Positions 1 to 9,590 of a DNA stretch of 64,000 bases are shown here, piece after piece. Source of the stretch: Escherichia phage vB_EcoM-UFV06. A program made the translations under genes and the position numbers. Below the pieces are notes generated by a model. The model made no database searches, was not told the DNA's origin, and worked only from the letters and a program-made list of their open reading frames with translations. The stretch lies in sequence record OP555980.1, one strand, 5' to 3'. Each line of letters begins with the position of its first letter. The first letter of the stretch is position 1.

Positions 1-1
1 T

Positions 2-262
2 AGACCACCAATGTCTAAAGAACACAGAAATAATATCTCAAACGGGCTTAAAGCAATCGTTCTTGAAGAAACATCCTGCGAATTCTGCGGAATGATAGGC
101 AAGAAATGCGTTATCGCAGCGCATAGAAATTTCTGCAAGAAAAATCCAAATGGACGCAAGAAAACTGAAAAGACTGGTACTTGCGTCCATTGTGGTAAAG
201 TTACCACTTTCGGAAATTTATCAAGATGGCATAATGATAACTGTAAATATAAACTTAGCTAA
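2..262 (+). CDS. Partial ORF, frame open to window edge: putative homing-endonuclease-like C-terminal DNA-binding module
   Basis: Only plus-strand ORF in the minus-strand early region, converging on the gene 46 stop; SKEHRNNISNGLK resembles a NUMOD3-type motif; two CxxCG...H.N.C zinc-ribbon-like repeats. Confidence 0.3.
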   Translation, partial: RPPMSKEHRNNISNGLKAIVLEETSCEFCGMIGKKCVIAAHRNFCKKNPNGRKKTEKTGTCVHCGKVTTFGNLSRWHNDNCKYKLS

Positions 263-1943
263 TCTTAGCTAAACTAAATCTACCAACTTTTTCCATCTGA
301 ATATGCTGACCATATTCTTGTGGGTCATGGTCTTTATGTGAAATTATGAAGAAGTTGGTATCCTTCAAACCATCTAAAATTTTAGCTACATTTTTAATAC
401 CTTCAGCATCAAATGCACCGTCATACACTTCATCAAGAAATAAACAACTTATTTTAACACCTGAAACTTTTTCAGCAATATCACGCCAAGTAAATAAAAG
501 AGCAATATCAATTCGCGCTTTTTCACCTTGACTGAATGAAGCATAACTAAAATCTTCACGACCACGGGATTTAATTGTCTCATTAAATTCTTCATCTAAT
601 GTAAACACATAATCCGCTTCCATTATTTTAAGATAATGGTTAATCTGCTTATTAAATAATGGAATGTACTTTTTAATAATAGCACCTTTAATACCAGAAT
701 CTTTGAGCATATCAGTCAAAATTCCTCGGTGGTATTTTTCCATTACTAAATTAGTTTTTGTCTTAACAATTTTATCAAGTTCTTCTTGAAGCAGTGCTAT
801 TTCATCAGCATGGTCAATAAACTCAGAAGATGCTTTTTCTATAGCCGCTTTAACCTTTTTAGCTTTATCTACTGCTGCGATCAGAGATTGCTTTTTATTG
901 CGAATATCATTTGCCAACGACTGCTGGGTTTTAATATTATCTCGGTATTCATCAACAAGAACTTTTAAATTATCACGATGTGTTGAAAGATGTTCAAACG
1001 AATGCGTGCATTCAGAAACTTTATCTTTAATTTTAGAAACAACTTTATCACCGGAACTTAATTGTGACAAACAGGTTGGACATAATCCACCTTCGTGATA
1101 CATATTAATGACTTTATTATACGAGTCAATTTTTGATTTAATTAAAACTGCTTCTTGACCGATTTTATTAAATGCATCAGTCGGGTCTTCATCTAAAACA
1201 ATATTAACTAATCTTTCATTAGCTTCTTCTATTTCCGATTTTAGCGTTCTAGCTTCTTTTGCCAAATCATCATACATATTTTGAAGACGAGTAAGGTTGT
1301 CACCCGTTAATTTTTTCTGGCGTTCAACGTTATCATTATATATTTTAATTTGTTGGATAATACTATCTTTTTTAACATCAAGCACTTGGTTTTGTGAATT
1401 TAATTCACGTATTAGTGCTTTATTAAGCTTATCCATTTCAGCTAATGTTCCTACCTCGAGCAGGTCTTCCACAAGCTTTCTTCGCGCAGGGGTCGACAAA
1501 CCCATGAAAGGGGTATACCCTGCTGTACCAAGGACAACAATCTGCTTGAAACTGGCATATGACATTCCGATAAGCTGTTCAAATTCTGCTTGGAAATCTT
1601 TACTGCTGGCAGATTCATTAAGACGTGTACCGTTAACGGTGATTTCGAAAACGTTTGGTTTTTGTCCTCTTTTGATATAATACTTTTTCTCATCATATTC
1701 CATCCACAGTTCAACTAAAAGTTCTTTCTTATTTGTGCTGTTTATTAATTGACCTTTCTTTACATCACGAAATGGCTTGCCAAAAAGCCCAAATGTGATG
1801 GCTTCTAACATAGTAGACTTACCACCGCCATTTCGTCCAGTAATAAGAGTTTTTTGAACCTTATCTAATTGAATGTCAATAGGATTTCCACCTACTGACA
1901 TTATATTTTGATACCTAACTCGGTTTAGTTTAAAATTCTTCAC
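255..1943 (-). CDS. 46: Recombination endonuclease subunit gp46 (Rad50/SbcC-like ATPase)
   Basis: 562 aa; Walker A GRNGGGKST; long coiled coils with CPTC hook; D-loop LFLDEV; apparent GTG start; synteny with 47. Confidence 0.9.
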   Translation of the reverse strand: MKNFKLNRVRYQNIMSVGGNPIDIQLDKVQKTLITGRNGGGKSTMLEAITFGLFGKPFRDVKKGQLINSTNKKELLVELWMEYDEKKYYIKRGQKPNVFEITVNGTRLNESASSKDFQAEFEQLIGMSYASFKQIVVLGTAGYTPFMGLSTPARRKLVEDLLEVGTLAEMDKLNKALIRELNSQNQVLDVKKDSIIQQIKIYNDNVERQKKLTGDNLTRLQNMYDDLAKEARTLKSEIEEANERLVNIVLDEDPTDAFNKIGQEAVLIKSKIDSYNKVINMYHEGGLCPTCLSQLSSGDKVVSKIKDKVSECTHSFEHLSTHRDNLKVLVDEYRDNIKTQQSLANDIRNKKQSLIAAVDKAKKVKAAIEKASSEFIDHADEIALLQEELDKIVKTKTNLVMEKYHRGILTDMLKDSGIKGAIIKKYIPLFNKQINHYLKIMEADYVFTLDEEFNETIKSRGREDFSYASFSQGEKARIDIALLFTWRDIAEKVSGVKISCLFLDEVYDGAFDAEGIKNVAKILDGLKDTNFFIISHKDHDPQEYGQHIQMEKVGRFSLAKIS

Positions 1944-2203
1944 AAAAGATTCCTTTTAATGTATCTTTTAGACCATTCTATCATATCATCATAATCTAAA
2001 AAGTATTCATCAAATTCAGCCATGCAAACAACACCTTGTGCTGCTTTTGATGTGATATAAATTATTCCAACATATCTAGAATCTTCTTCGGTATAATCAA
2101 TATTTGCTATGAATTCATCATTAATGTCAAATGTCGAAAACTTCACAGTATGCATCCTTAATACAAGATACAGCCATATCTTGTAATGATTTAGGTGTAT
2201 CAT
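1940..2203 (-). CDS. Hypothetical small protein (87 aa)
   Basis: ORF abutting the gene 46 start; ATG start. Confidence 0.35.
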   Translation of the reverse strand: MIHLNHYKIWLYLVLRMHTVKFSTFDINDEFIANIDYTEEDSRYVGIIYITSKAAQGVVCMAEFDEYFLDYDDMIEWSKRYIKRNLL

Positions 2204-2390
2204 TATCTAAAATGTTGAAGTTAAAAGATACAGCCCAATCTGTACAGACCGTAACCTTTTTAATACAATTATCTTCAACCTCTAACGGTTCAAACCAATA
2301 TTCAATAATTTCTTTATGCCCAATATCATCTTTTACTTCGCATTCAAAATGCTGACTCATCATAACATTTTTAAATTCATCAAAAGTCAT
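2127..2390 (-). CDS. Hypothetical small protein (87 aa)
   Basis: ATG overlaps the gene 47 stop (ATGA-type coupling). Confidence 0.4.
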   Translation of the reverse strand: MTFDEFKNVMMSQHFECEVKDDIGHKEIIEYWFEPLEVEDNCIKKVTVCTDWAVSFNFNILDNDTPKSLQDMAVSCIKDAYCEVFDI

Positions 2391-3406
2391 TGTGTTGCCT
2401 CTACATATAGCTGGTTTGCATATTGAATAAGTGCTTCACGATCAGAATCAGTGATGTCTGGAATTGCATTAATGTATTCTTCCATCAACGTCTGAAGAGA
2501 TTGAACTTCAACTTCTTCACTGTCATCTGACTCGACAGAGTTATCAATTTTTGACACAACTCGTAATGAATGCACAACTTTTTCTAGTTCAGATTCGAAC
2601 TTCGTCAGATTTTTGTCTACTTCAGTTACTATAACACGTACTGATAGATTTGTAAAATCTTTATAGTCAATTTTTCCTTTAAATGGATAATGAATTCTAC
2701 GATGCCAGGTAGTATTGTTTGGAATAAATTCCATTCGTTCTGTTTCTGTATCAAACATCCAGAACCCACGAGGGTCATTCTCGTCACCTGCAGTTAGTGT
2801 CCATGGTGTCCCAATATATCTGACGTTAGCAGCCTCAGAGATAGTATGGAAGTGACCAGACCACACTTCTTTATAAGTCTTAAGGAAATCAGGTTCAAGA
2901 CCATGAGATTTCATTCCTTTATAAAAATAAAATCCGTTCAGTTCCCAGTGACCGACGCAAAAAGAAGCAGATGAAGTTTTGATGTGCTCAAGAATTTCAC
3001 CAGTATTTTCTTCACACATCCAAGGAATTAAATCAATTAAACATCCGTCAAAATCTACTGTAGTAGGCTTATCATATACTTTAACATTAGGATATTTAGC
3101 CAAAAGCTCAGTAGAAGCATTTGGATGCATTACATTTTTATAGTGGAGATCGTGATTTCCTACAATAGTATGTAGGGTAATACCAGCATCATCAAGCATT
3201 TGAACTATTTCACGGGCAAACTCCATAGTTTTATGCGTGATCGCTTTTCGCACATCAAAAATATCACCGTATTGAATCCAAGTAGTAATTCCATTTTTCT
3301 TAGAATATTCTATCGCTTGCTTAATTCCATCAATTTGAATACCGCGAATCCACTCATCATCGGCTTTAACGCCTAAATGCCAATCACCTAAATTTAAAAT
3401 TTTCAT
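2387..3406 (-). CDS. 47: Recombination endonuclease subunit gp47 (Mre11/SbcD-like nuclease)
   Basis: 339 aa; calcineurin-like phosphoesterase motifs GDWH, GNHD, GHFH. Confidence 0.9.
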   Translation of the reverse strand: MKILNLGDWHLGVKADDEWIRGIQIDGIKQAIEYSKKNGITTWIQYGDIFDVRKAITHKTMEFAREIVQMLDDAGITLHTIVGNHDLHYKNVMHPNASTELLAKYPNVKVYDKPTTVDFDGCLIDLIPWMCEENTGEILEHIKTSSASFCVGHWELNGFYFYKGMKSHGLEPDFLKTYKEVWSGHFHTISEAANVRYIGTPWTLTAGDENDPRGFWMFDTETERMEFIPNNTTWHRRIHYPFKGKIDYKDFTNLSVRVIVTEVDKNLTKFESELEKVVHSLRVVSKIDNSVESDDSEEVEVQSLQTLMEEYINAIPDITDSDREALIQYANQLYVEATQ

Positions 3407-3566
3407 ATATCAAGAACCGTCATTGAAATGCAAAATAAAATTATTGAAATAAAACCATCTGGAGTACTAAAGAATCCAACCCAACACGCTCTAGTGAAAA
3501 GATAAAACGCGAGAAAAAGTATCACATATCCAAGAAATATCATTATATCAAACTCCATATAAAGCT

Positions 3567-3584
3567 AAAGGGCCGAAGCCCTTT
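3567..3584 (-). terminator. UUCG-tetraloop hairpin overlapping the a-gt stop codon
   Basis: aaagggc-cgaa-gcccttt inverted repeat; U-run weak. Confidence 0.4.
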
Positions 3585-4785
3585 ATTTTGTAATAATGTC
3601 AAACTGCTCTTTAAAGCAGAAGCTTGAATCTTGGTGCTGATACAAAAATTCATAAGCTTTTTCGCGTTCACGGTCATAAAGAGTTCGGTCAGATGACAGT
3701 TCTTTAATACGTTCAAATGTTGATTCCATGTCATTTTCATCAAACCAAATGATACCGCTATCATGCGAGGTCAAAGGAGTATTATCAACACGGAATTTTA
3801 AATTTTCGCCTGTAGATTTCCAAAATACCGGAATTGTTCCACATGCACCAAGCTCGAGATGAGTATATTCTAAAGAACGTTGTAGATATTTTTTGTCCAA
3901 CTTACTCAGCTGATAACCAAATCCGGATTTACTCATGCGTTCAAGCATTTCGCTATTTACATAACGGTCAAGAATTTGCGTTGGCAAATTAGGAGCAATT
4001 TTAATTTGGTCTACTTGATGAAGACGATAATACTCGTATGGAATTCCTTTTTCTTTAATAGGAATGAACGCTGGAGAACGTTCCAGACCTTCCATAATAG
4101 TACTTAGTCCTGCAGGTTTAAGATGTTTTTCATGAAAATCAAACATCTGATAAAAACCTTTCCATGTAGTAGTACGACCAATCCAACGATTGATATTCAT
4201 GTTAATTTCAGAAACATCTTTCCAGTAGGTTGATCGAACCTTTGCAATATCCATCGGAGGCTGAAAGTTATATACTGTCGGTGCTTCTTCAATATCATCA
4301 AACAGAGAAACTGTTTCAGGATACCATTCTTTCATCAGAACTTTATTAAAATCGCCATTATCAGAATGGCTAAAAATAACATCAGCTCGACGAACAGTTT
4401 CTTCTAATCCCAAATTTCGACGCAAAGAAAGAGAAGAATGGTCATGTTGATAAACTACAACACGAACAGAAGGTTTAATGTTATCAATAATTTTTTTATA
4501 GTTATTAATAGTGTCTTCTTCAACTGAAGTAGCAGGAACTGAATTGATAATTAGAATATCACAATCATTTACCAGCTTAAGTGTTTTATCGTATTCTTTT
4601 GCCAATAAAACCGGAATTGAAAATGATTTATAATCATGCGCGCAATTACGAGTAAATGATTTATCTTTAGCATAAACCAAAGTTACTTCATGACCATTTT
4701 TAATAAACCAATCACGTTGCTCAAGAGAAAATTTAGTTACACCACAACCTTCAAGACCTCGAGCCATAAAAATACATACTTTCAT
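3583..4785 (-). CDS. a-gt: DNA alpha-glucosyltransferase
   Basis: 400 aa; matches my recollection of T4 AGT length and sequence; position between 47 and 55. Confidence 0.85.
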   Translation of the reverse strand: MKVCIFMARGLEGCGVTKFSLEQRDWFIKNGHEVTLVYAKDKSFTRNCAHDYKSFSIPVLLAKEYDKTLKLVNDCDILIINSVPATSVEEDTINNYKKIIDNIKPSVRVVVYQHDHSSLSLRRNLGLEETVRRADVIFSHSDNGDFNKVLMKEWYPETVSLFDDIEEAPTVYNFQPPMDIAKVRSTYWKDVSEINMNINRWIGRTTTWKGFYQMFDFHEKHLKPAGLSTIMEGLERSPAFIPIKEKGIPYEYYRLHQVDQIKIAPNLPTQILDRYVNSEMLERMSKSGFGYQLSKLDKKYLQRSLEYTHLELGACGTIPVFWKSTGENLKFRVDNTPLTSHDSGIIWFDENDMESTFERIKELSSDRTLYDREREKAYEFLYQHQDSSFCFKEQFDIITK

Positions 4786-4809
4786 TTAATATCCTCTTTG
4801 TTTTGGTTT

Positions 4810-4835
4810 ATTTTACCAAAAATTTATAAAGCAAT
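4810..4835 (-). promoter_or_regulatory. Candidate MotA-dependent middle promoter upstream of a-gt
   Basis: Minus-strand ATTGCTTTA (MotA box) then 11 bp then TAAAAT -10; about 25 bp upstream of the a-gt ATG. Confidence 0.4.
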
Positions 4836-4855
4836 ATAGGAGCCGAAGCTCCTAT
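4836..4855 (-). terminator. UUCG-tetraloop hairpin
   Basis: ataggagc-cgaa-gctcctat perfect 8-bp stem. Confidence 0.4.
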
Positions 4856-5197
4856 CCGCATAATACACCATACAAAGGCTCATTAGAGCTTCTAAATTTT
4901 ATGCGCTTATATGTTATAGTTCCTTCTGCTTTAGCTTTATCATGAGACTCTTTAAAGCGTCTCATCATTTCCTTTTTAGAGGAACGAATTTTATAATCTA
5001 TTTCAGAAGTCTGGGTGTTCATCTTTCATAACTGCCACCATTTTTTGACTTGATAAGAATCAACCCACACTTTCATATTAGGGTCTGCTCTTACAATAGG
5101 AGGATTAACTTCTTTAATTGAACTATCATGGTATTCTTTTTCAGAAATTTTCACACAAAGATGACCATTCAAAGATTCAGTAAATCCTGCATTAATT

Positions 5198-5515
5198 TTA
5201 AGACGCTTGAATTTTACGTGTGTAAGCATCAATCATATCCTCAATCTGCGATCTAGTAGTCTTCCAAAGAATACTAATGAGTTCATCGTTATATGGCTGT
5301 TTTAGAATATCCCGACTTTTCTTGATAGCATATTCGTATTGAGCAAAATTATTATTTTCAGCTGCAATCTGAGCGTGCTTATAAAGACGATTCAGTTCGC
5401 GTTTGTTTTTAGACAATAACTTATTTGCTTTTCTTTCTGCTTCAAGACGGTTCTTTTCTTCAATAGAAGAAATAAGCTTTTCCACTTCATCATTAATTTC
5501 GGGTTTATCAGTCAT
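5198..5515 (-). CDS. Hypothetical protein (105 aa)
   Basis: ORF between a-gt and 55. Confidence 0.45.
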   Translation of the reverse strand: MTDKPEINDEVEKLISSIEEKNRLEAERKANKLLSKNKRELNRLYKHAQIAAENNNFAQYEYAIKKSRDILKQPYNDELISILWKTTRSQIEDMIDAYTRKIQAS

Positions 5516-5516
5516 A

Positions 5517-5735
5517 TTATTTCTCTAATATAAAATAAAAATCATCATCTGTTAAATGATACCGATAGTTTAATTCTACACCATTAGATTTAAAAGCGGT
5601 ATCATACGGATTTTCTGGATCAATATCAATGTCAAGAGCTAAAACTTCCCTGAGATACATTTTAAGTAAATAGGGAATAGCTTCAACTTCAGGTATTTCT
5701 TCCAAGAATCCGGAGAGGTTAATCGTTAGCCTCAT
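5517..5735 (-). CDS. Hypothetical protein (72 aa)
   Basis: ORF abutting the gene 55 stop. Confidence 0.4.
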
Positions 5736-6276
5736 ATAAAAAATCCAAACTAGGAGAATCGTCTACAACACTTTTCTTTTCAGCCCCCGGTGTTCTATAG
5801 GTTGATTCTTCGTAATGCGTCATTTTATCGTAGATGTCTTGAATAAAAGTTTCATCTACTAACGCAACCATATCGTCGTCACGGCTGTCATAGACATTGT
5901 GAACGAAGTAACTATATTTCTTTGCAACTTCCTTACGTTCTTTTTTAATACGTTGGACGAATGCATTAAAACAAGCTTGAGTTATATACGCATGTGGGTT
6001 TTTATATTTCGTTTCATCAAAATTATGAAGCCCCTTAATAGAAGCTTCTATACCATCTGCAATCATTTCTTGTTTCCAAGATTGGGTGTATCCTGAAAAG
6101 TTGAAACGTTTAGATAAGCCTTCTGCAATAAGCATAATGGCTAATCCGATAGTATCATTCTGACGAACTACTTTATTTGGGTCTTTATTATTTGCTAATT
6201 CTGTTTTCCAATCAATAATAGCTTGTAAAAGCTCTTTATTGTTTACGTAATTATATTTAGGCTTAGTTTCTGACAT
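5719..6276 (-). CDS. 55: Late-transcription sigma factor gp55
   Basis: 185 aa from ATG at 6276 with GAGGTG Shine-Dalgarno; N-terminus [23 protein letters not shown] as recalled for T4 gp55. Confidence 0.9.
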
Positions 6277-6354
6277 TTTCACCTCTTAGCTCAATTCATA
6301 GATCTATTATATCATAATATTTGAAGATCTATCTTAAAGCATAGAGGATATCAG

Positions 6355-6624
6355 TTATCTAAGTAAACAGTATGCTTGGAACACTTTCTCCATCATCTTT
6401 TTAAATTCATGAATATCTATATAATGACTAGTTAGATCAGCATGATATAAAAAGTCTAAAAACTTTTCATGTGTACTAACATATTCGCTTTCATTTAATT
6501 CAGAAACATGGCTTTCCCAATATCCAACACCAGTCTTATTTGGGAAAAATGAAATTTTCATGTATTGGTCAACATAGAAAATGCCATAATTTTCAATAGT
6601 AATAGAAATATTAATAAATTTCAT
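6355..6624 (-). CDS. Hypothetical protein (89 aa)
   Basis: ORF in the 55-nrdH interval. Confidence 0.4.
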   Translation of the reverse strand: MKFINISITIENYGIFYVDQYMKISFFPNKTGVGYWESHVSELNESEYVSTHEKFLDFLYHADLTSHYIDIHEFKKMMEKVFQAYCLLR

Positions 6625-6836
6625 ACATTCATCAACTTAGCCGCTTCAAGAGCTGCATCTAGTGAATCAAATTGGTCAACATATTCAATCAATTCGCCGT
6701 AATTAGCGTATAACCACCATTGACTGAATTCATATTCAAGGATAAATCCATTTCCCTCAATTTGAGTTAAACCATTGCCGTTTGTATTTACTTCATATCC
6801 GGCAAGACGCAAATCGTTAATAAGAGCTTCGTTCAT
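6621..6836 (-). CDS. Hypothetical protein (71 aa)
   Basis: 4-bp overlap with neighbour. Confidence 0.4.
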   Translation of the reverse strand: MNEALINDLRLAGYEVNTNGNGLTQIEGNGFILEYEFSQWWLYANYGELIEYVDQFDSLDAALEAAKLMNV

Positions 6837-6838
6837 AA

Positions 6839-7165
6839 TTATACCTTAGTAATTTTCAGGTCTGCAAATTTTTTCTTGCGTTGATTTTTCATGCGACGAA
6901 TAGTTTTATCGGAAATTTCATGCTTTTGATAAGCTTTAGATTCTACACCGAAAGCTTTAACATCAAATTCTGACAAGATATATTGAACCAACAATTCGCG
7001 GATAGTGTTGCGTCCAATCTTCTGATCATTCTGTTTCATCGTCTGATGAAGCTCTTTTTCCCATTTATCCAAAATTTGAGGAGTTACAATATCGCCTTTT
7101 TCTAACAAAGAAACTACTTTATCATATGCGTAAGAATTGATGGCGTTTTTAATTTGAATAGTCAT
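6839..7165 (-). CDS. Hypothetical protein (108 aa)
   Basis: ORF; lysine/arginine-rich C-terminus. Confidence 0.45.
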   Translation of the reverse strand: MTIQIKNAINSYAYDKVVSLLEKGDIVTPQILDKWEKELHQTMKQNDQKIGRNTIRELLVQYILSEFDVKAFGVESKAYQKHEISDKTIRRMKNQRKKKFADLKITKV

Positions 7166-7196
7166 ACATTATCCTCAATTGCATTAAAATTTTATT

Positions 7197-7220
7197 ATCC
7201 AAAAAAGGGCCGAAGCCCTT
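7197..7220 (-). terminator. Intrinsic terminator
   Basis: aagggc-cgaa-gccctt stem-loop followed by a U-run on the minus strand. Confidence 0.6.
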
Positions 7221-7419
7221 AGCTAAACTTTTTGGCACCCTTCCAGCCTTCGTACATCATTGCGGCTGATATTAATATTGCTCCTGAGCAACTTGAATAT
7301 TTGTGATTCCAAAACCAGTTTAGAAAAACTTCGTCATCAATACCTTGGGCTATCATATTTTCAAAGAACTGACGACGAGATTCGGCAATTCGTTGCGATA
7401 ATTTAGATTCAGGATTCAT
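7219..7419 (-). CDS. Hypothetical protein (66 aa)
   Basis: ORF. Confidence 0.4.
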   Translation of the reverse strand: MNPESKLSQRIAESRRQFFENMIAQGIDDEVFLNWFWNHKYSSCSGAILISAAMMYEGWKGAKKFS

Positions 7420-7635
7420 TTAAATTTTCCAGTTACCATTTTCATCAATAAATTTAATCCAGTCATTTACTGACCACTTAGTTGTATCACCTTTTGGAGT
7501 AACATTTAAAGTATATAACCCCTGCTTAAAAAGCATTCGTTTGATATTCATATTTTCCTCAGCTGTAACGATAACACTCGTTTGATTTACGTTTAGCAAC
7601 TCGTTGAGAAGTATTATAATCAAAATCATCGTCAA
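7420..7635 (-). CDS. Hypothetical protein (71 aa)
   Basis: ORF. Confidence 0.35.
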   Translation of the reverse strand: MTMILIIILLNELLNVNQTSVIVTAEENMNIKRMLFKQGLYTLNVTPKGDTTKWSVNDWIKFIDENGNWKI

Positions 7636-7852
7636 TGTAAACTGATTTTTTCAACTTTCTTACTTCACCACGCAGTTGACGATTTAACTCATCTTTAACT
7701 TCTGAATCAATACCTTTCATTCTACGCCATTTATCTGAGCGAAAAATGTTTTCAACCATATCTTTATGACTTACACCATCAGGAGCTTTACGCTTTCCGA
7801 AATAGTCATAATCACGTACTTTTAAATCTCTACGACGATACGTTTTACCCAT
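7559..7852 (-). CDS. Hypothetical highly basic protein (about 97 aa)
   Basis: ATG at 7852 overlaps the upstream stop; RRR/KRK-rich, possible nucleic-acid binding. Confidence 0.4.
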   Translation of the reverse strand: MGKTYRRRDLKVRDYDYFGKRKAPDGVSHKDMVENIFRSDKWRRMKGIDSEVKDELNRQLRGEVRKLKKSVYIDDDFDYNTSQRVAKRKSNECYRYS

Positions 7853-8021
7853 GGAGTTTAATTTCCTTAGCAACTGAACTAAATACAGCACGGTCACAAA
7901 TCATACGTTTGTTCCATTTAATCACGGTATAATGAACATCTAAATCATCGACTGCTGTGACAATAACGATATGTCCGTTAACACGATAGTACTGGTCAAT
8001 TTTAATCTCTTTATCAACCAT
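7845..8021 (-). CDS. Hypothetical small protein (58 aa)
   Basis: Hand-translated ORF MVDKEIKIDQYYRVNGH... with GAGGAA Shine-Dalgarno; below the ORF-track length cutoff. Confidence 0.3.
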   Translation of the reverse strand: MVDKEIKIDQYYRVNGHIVIVTAVDDLDVHYTVIKWNKRMICDRAVFSSVAKEIKLHG

Positions 8022-8161
8022 ATCAATTCCTCAAAGGTAATTCATATGTTAATAATACCACGGTTTGAACTTGTTGTAAACAACTTTGTGAAAAATATTT
8101 TATGGAATGATAAGAAAGGAACGATAGCTTACAATGGTAATATACAGAATGTGAGAAAGAA

Positions 8162-8176
8162 GGGCCCAGAGGGCCC
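8162..8176 (-). terminator. Palindromic hairpin downstream of nrdH
   Basis: gggccc-aga-gggccc followed by a pyrimidine/U-rich tract. Confidence 0.35.
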
Positions 8177-8179
8177 GTC

Positions 8180-8503
8180 TTAGTCTTCTATGATATCTCT
8201 ATCATATCCAAGTGAAATGAGAGTTTCTTTGAAGTGTTTAATGTTCTTTTGTCTAGAATCATTAATGAAAATGACAGGATACCGAATATTAAGAGATGTG
8301 AATCCGGCGCGTTTGGCAAGAGATACAATCAGTGGACGATCATACTCAATCTTACCATTATTAGTAAGAACTTTATAGAAAGTAAAAGGAGCATTGAGCT
8401 CCTTTAGAAGTTTTGTAACTGATTGACATCCAGGACAACGACCTACTTCATCTGGAATTCCATAGACTTCAATCTTATTCTTTAAGTTCGAGTTTTGTTC
8501 CAC
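8180..8503 (-). CDS. nrdH: Glutaredoxin-like protein (NrdH-type)
   Basis: CPGC redox motif in a glutaredoxin-like domain (KIEVYGIPDEVGRCPGCQS); start uncertain (GTG 8503 or ATG 8602); the track N-terminal extension overlaps the upstream gene. Confidence 0.55.
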   Translation of the reverse strand: MEQNSNLKNKIEVYGIPDEVGRCPGCQSVTKLLKELNAPFTFYKVLTNNGKIEYDRPLIVSLAKRAGFTSLNIRYPVIFINDSRQKNIKHFKETLISLGYDRDIIED

Positions 8504-8786
8504 GAGAAATAATTCCTTGGTAAGCCCAATAAGGAGGATTAACAGAATCCTCACCAGAGTTTTCTTCAGGAAAATAAACCTGGATAACGAAGCCGGATTC
8601 ATCAAAGGTGAAATAAGTAGTAGGCAGTTCACCTAACAAATCGGCACGAGCATTAATTTCTTCGAGGTCTTGTTCACGTCCAACCCAGAAGCTTGGGTTC
8701 AGACTACATTCATAGAAATAATAGTCATTACCGAACATATCAAAACCATTCCAACTCTCTACTACATACCGCTCAAAACTAATCAT
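8475..8786 (-). CDS. Hypothetical protein (103 aa)
   Basis: ORF. Confidence 0.45.
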   Translation of the reverse strand: MISFERYVVESWNGFDMFGNDYYFYECSLNPSFWVGREQDLEEINARADLLGELPTTYFTFDESGFVIQVYFPEENSGEDSVNPPYWAYQGIISRGTKLELKE

Positions 8787-8788
8787 AA

Positions 8789-9004
8789 TTAAGCCTTTTT
8801 ATCAAGAACAGCATTCAGCTTGTTAGTAATTTTATCCAGACGCTCATTGAACTCACTAGAAGATAAGCCCTTTTCTGGAGAAATTAAACTAATAACGAAA
8901 AATACAACAATAAAAGGAATAAGGAAAATAGCTCCAACTGCCATAAACAGAAAGAATGTTACAGTTGTAAGAAAATCAGCTAAACCTTTACGAAATTTAT
9001 ACAT
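8789..9004 (-). CDS. Hypothetical small membrane protein (71 aa)
   Basis: One strongly hydrophobic predicted TM segment. Confidence 0.45.
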   Translation of the reverse strand: MYKFRKGLADFLTTVTFFLFMAVGAIFLIPFIVVFFVISLISPEKGLSSSEFNERLDKITNKLNAVLDKKA

Positions 9005-9119
9005 ATTTTACCCTTAATTGATTAACCAAGCATTGATAAACACTAAACTATATTGGGAATAAAATTCTGGACCAAAATGAAAAATCATATCATTTATAGT
9101 ATCCATAATGTAATTCAAT

Positions 9120-9590
9120 TTAATCATGTTTCCACACCCCATCGGTATTTGACCAAAGTCGCTGATTATCTGATCCTCGCCACAGCTTTTTAGTCGGAAG
9201 ATTTTTCTCATACTTCCCATCAATAATAACATCAACATATTTAAGCATTTCTAGTTGTTTAATATCTTCAAACTTATATCCTGTCCACAACCAAATGCTT
9301 TTATTAGGATAAAGATTTTTAATAGTTTGAACCACAGAGTGAATCACGTCTCTGTTATCAGGATAGAGAGGGTCACCTCCAGTTATAGTTAATCCTTCTA
9401 TATAATCATTATTCAAACATTCAATTAATTGTTCTAGTGTTTCACCAGTGAATGGAACGCCATTTCTAGCATTCCATGTTGATTTATTATAACACCCTTC
9501 ACATTTATGCAAACAACCTGTAACGAAAAGAACGACCCTGCATCCAGGGCCATTCACAAAATCACAGGGATAAAATCTATCGTAATTCAT
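9120..9590 (-). CDS. nrdG: Anaerobic ribonucleotide reductase activating protein (radical SAM)
   Basis: 156 aa; CLHKCEGC = Cx3Cx2C radical-SAM cluster motif; ATGA overlap with the nrdD stop. Confidence 0.9.
   Translation of the reverse strand: MNYDRFYPCDFVNGPGCRVVLFVTGCLHKCEGCYNKSTWNARNGVPFTGETLEQLIECLNNDYIEGLTITGGDPLYPDNRDVIHSVVQTIKNLYPNKSIWLWTGYKFEDIKQLEMLKYVDVIIDGKYEKNLPTKKLWRGSDNQRLWSNTDGVWKHD

Noticed and set aside
346-1714. Several plus- and minus-strand ORFs (346..531, 786..968, 898..1098, 1297..1680, 1451..1714) inside gene 46
   Set aside because: Entirely nested in or antisense to a long, motif-supported gene; most likely chance ORFs.
4796-5025. Possible small gene in the gap between a-gt and the next ORF
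   Set aside because: No ORF with a credible start and Shine-Dalgarno found by eye; the region is better explained by the promoter and hairpin elements.
8503-8632. N-terminal extension of the nrdH ORF in the track (hydrophobic MNCLLLISPL...)
   Set aside because: Encoded in an alternative frame of the upstream gene's C-terminus and starts at a non-ATG codon; the glutaredoxin domain begins downstream.
9014-9238. 74-aa ORF overlapping the nrdG 3-prime end
   Set aside because: Overlaps a well-supported gene by more than 100 bp in another frame.
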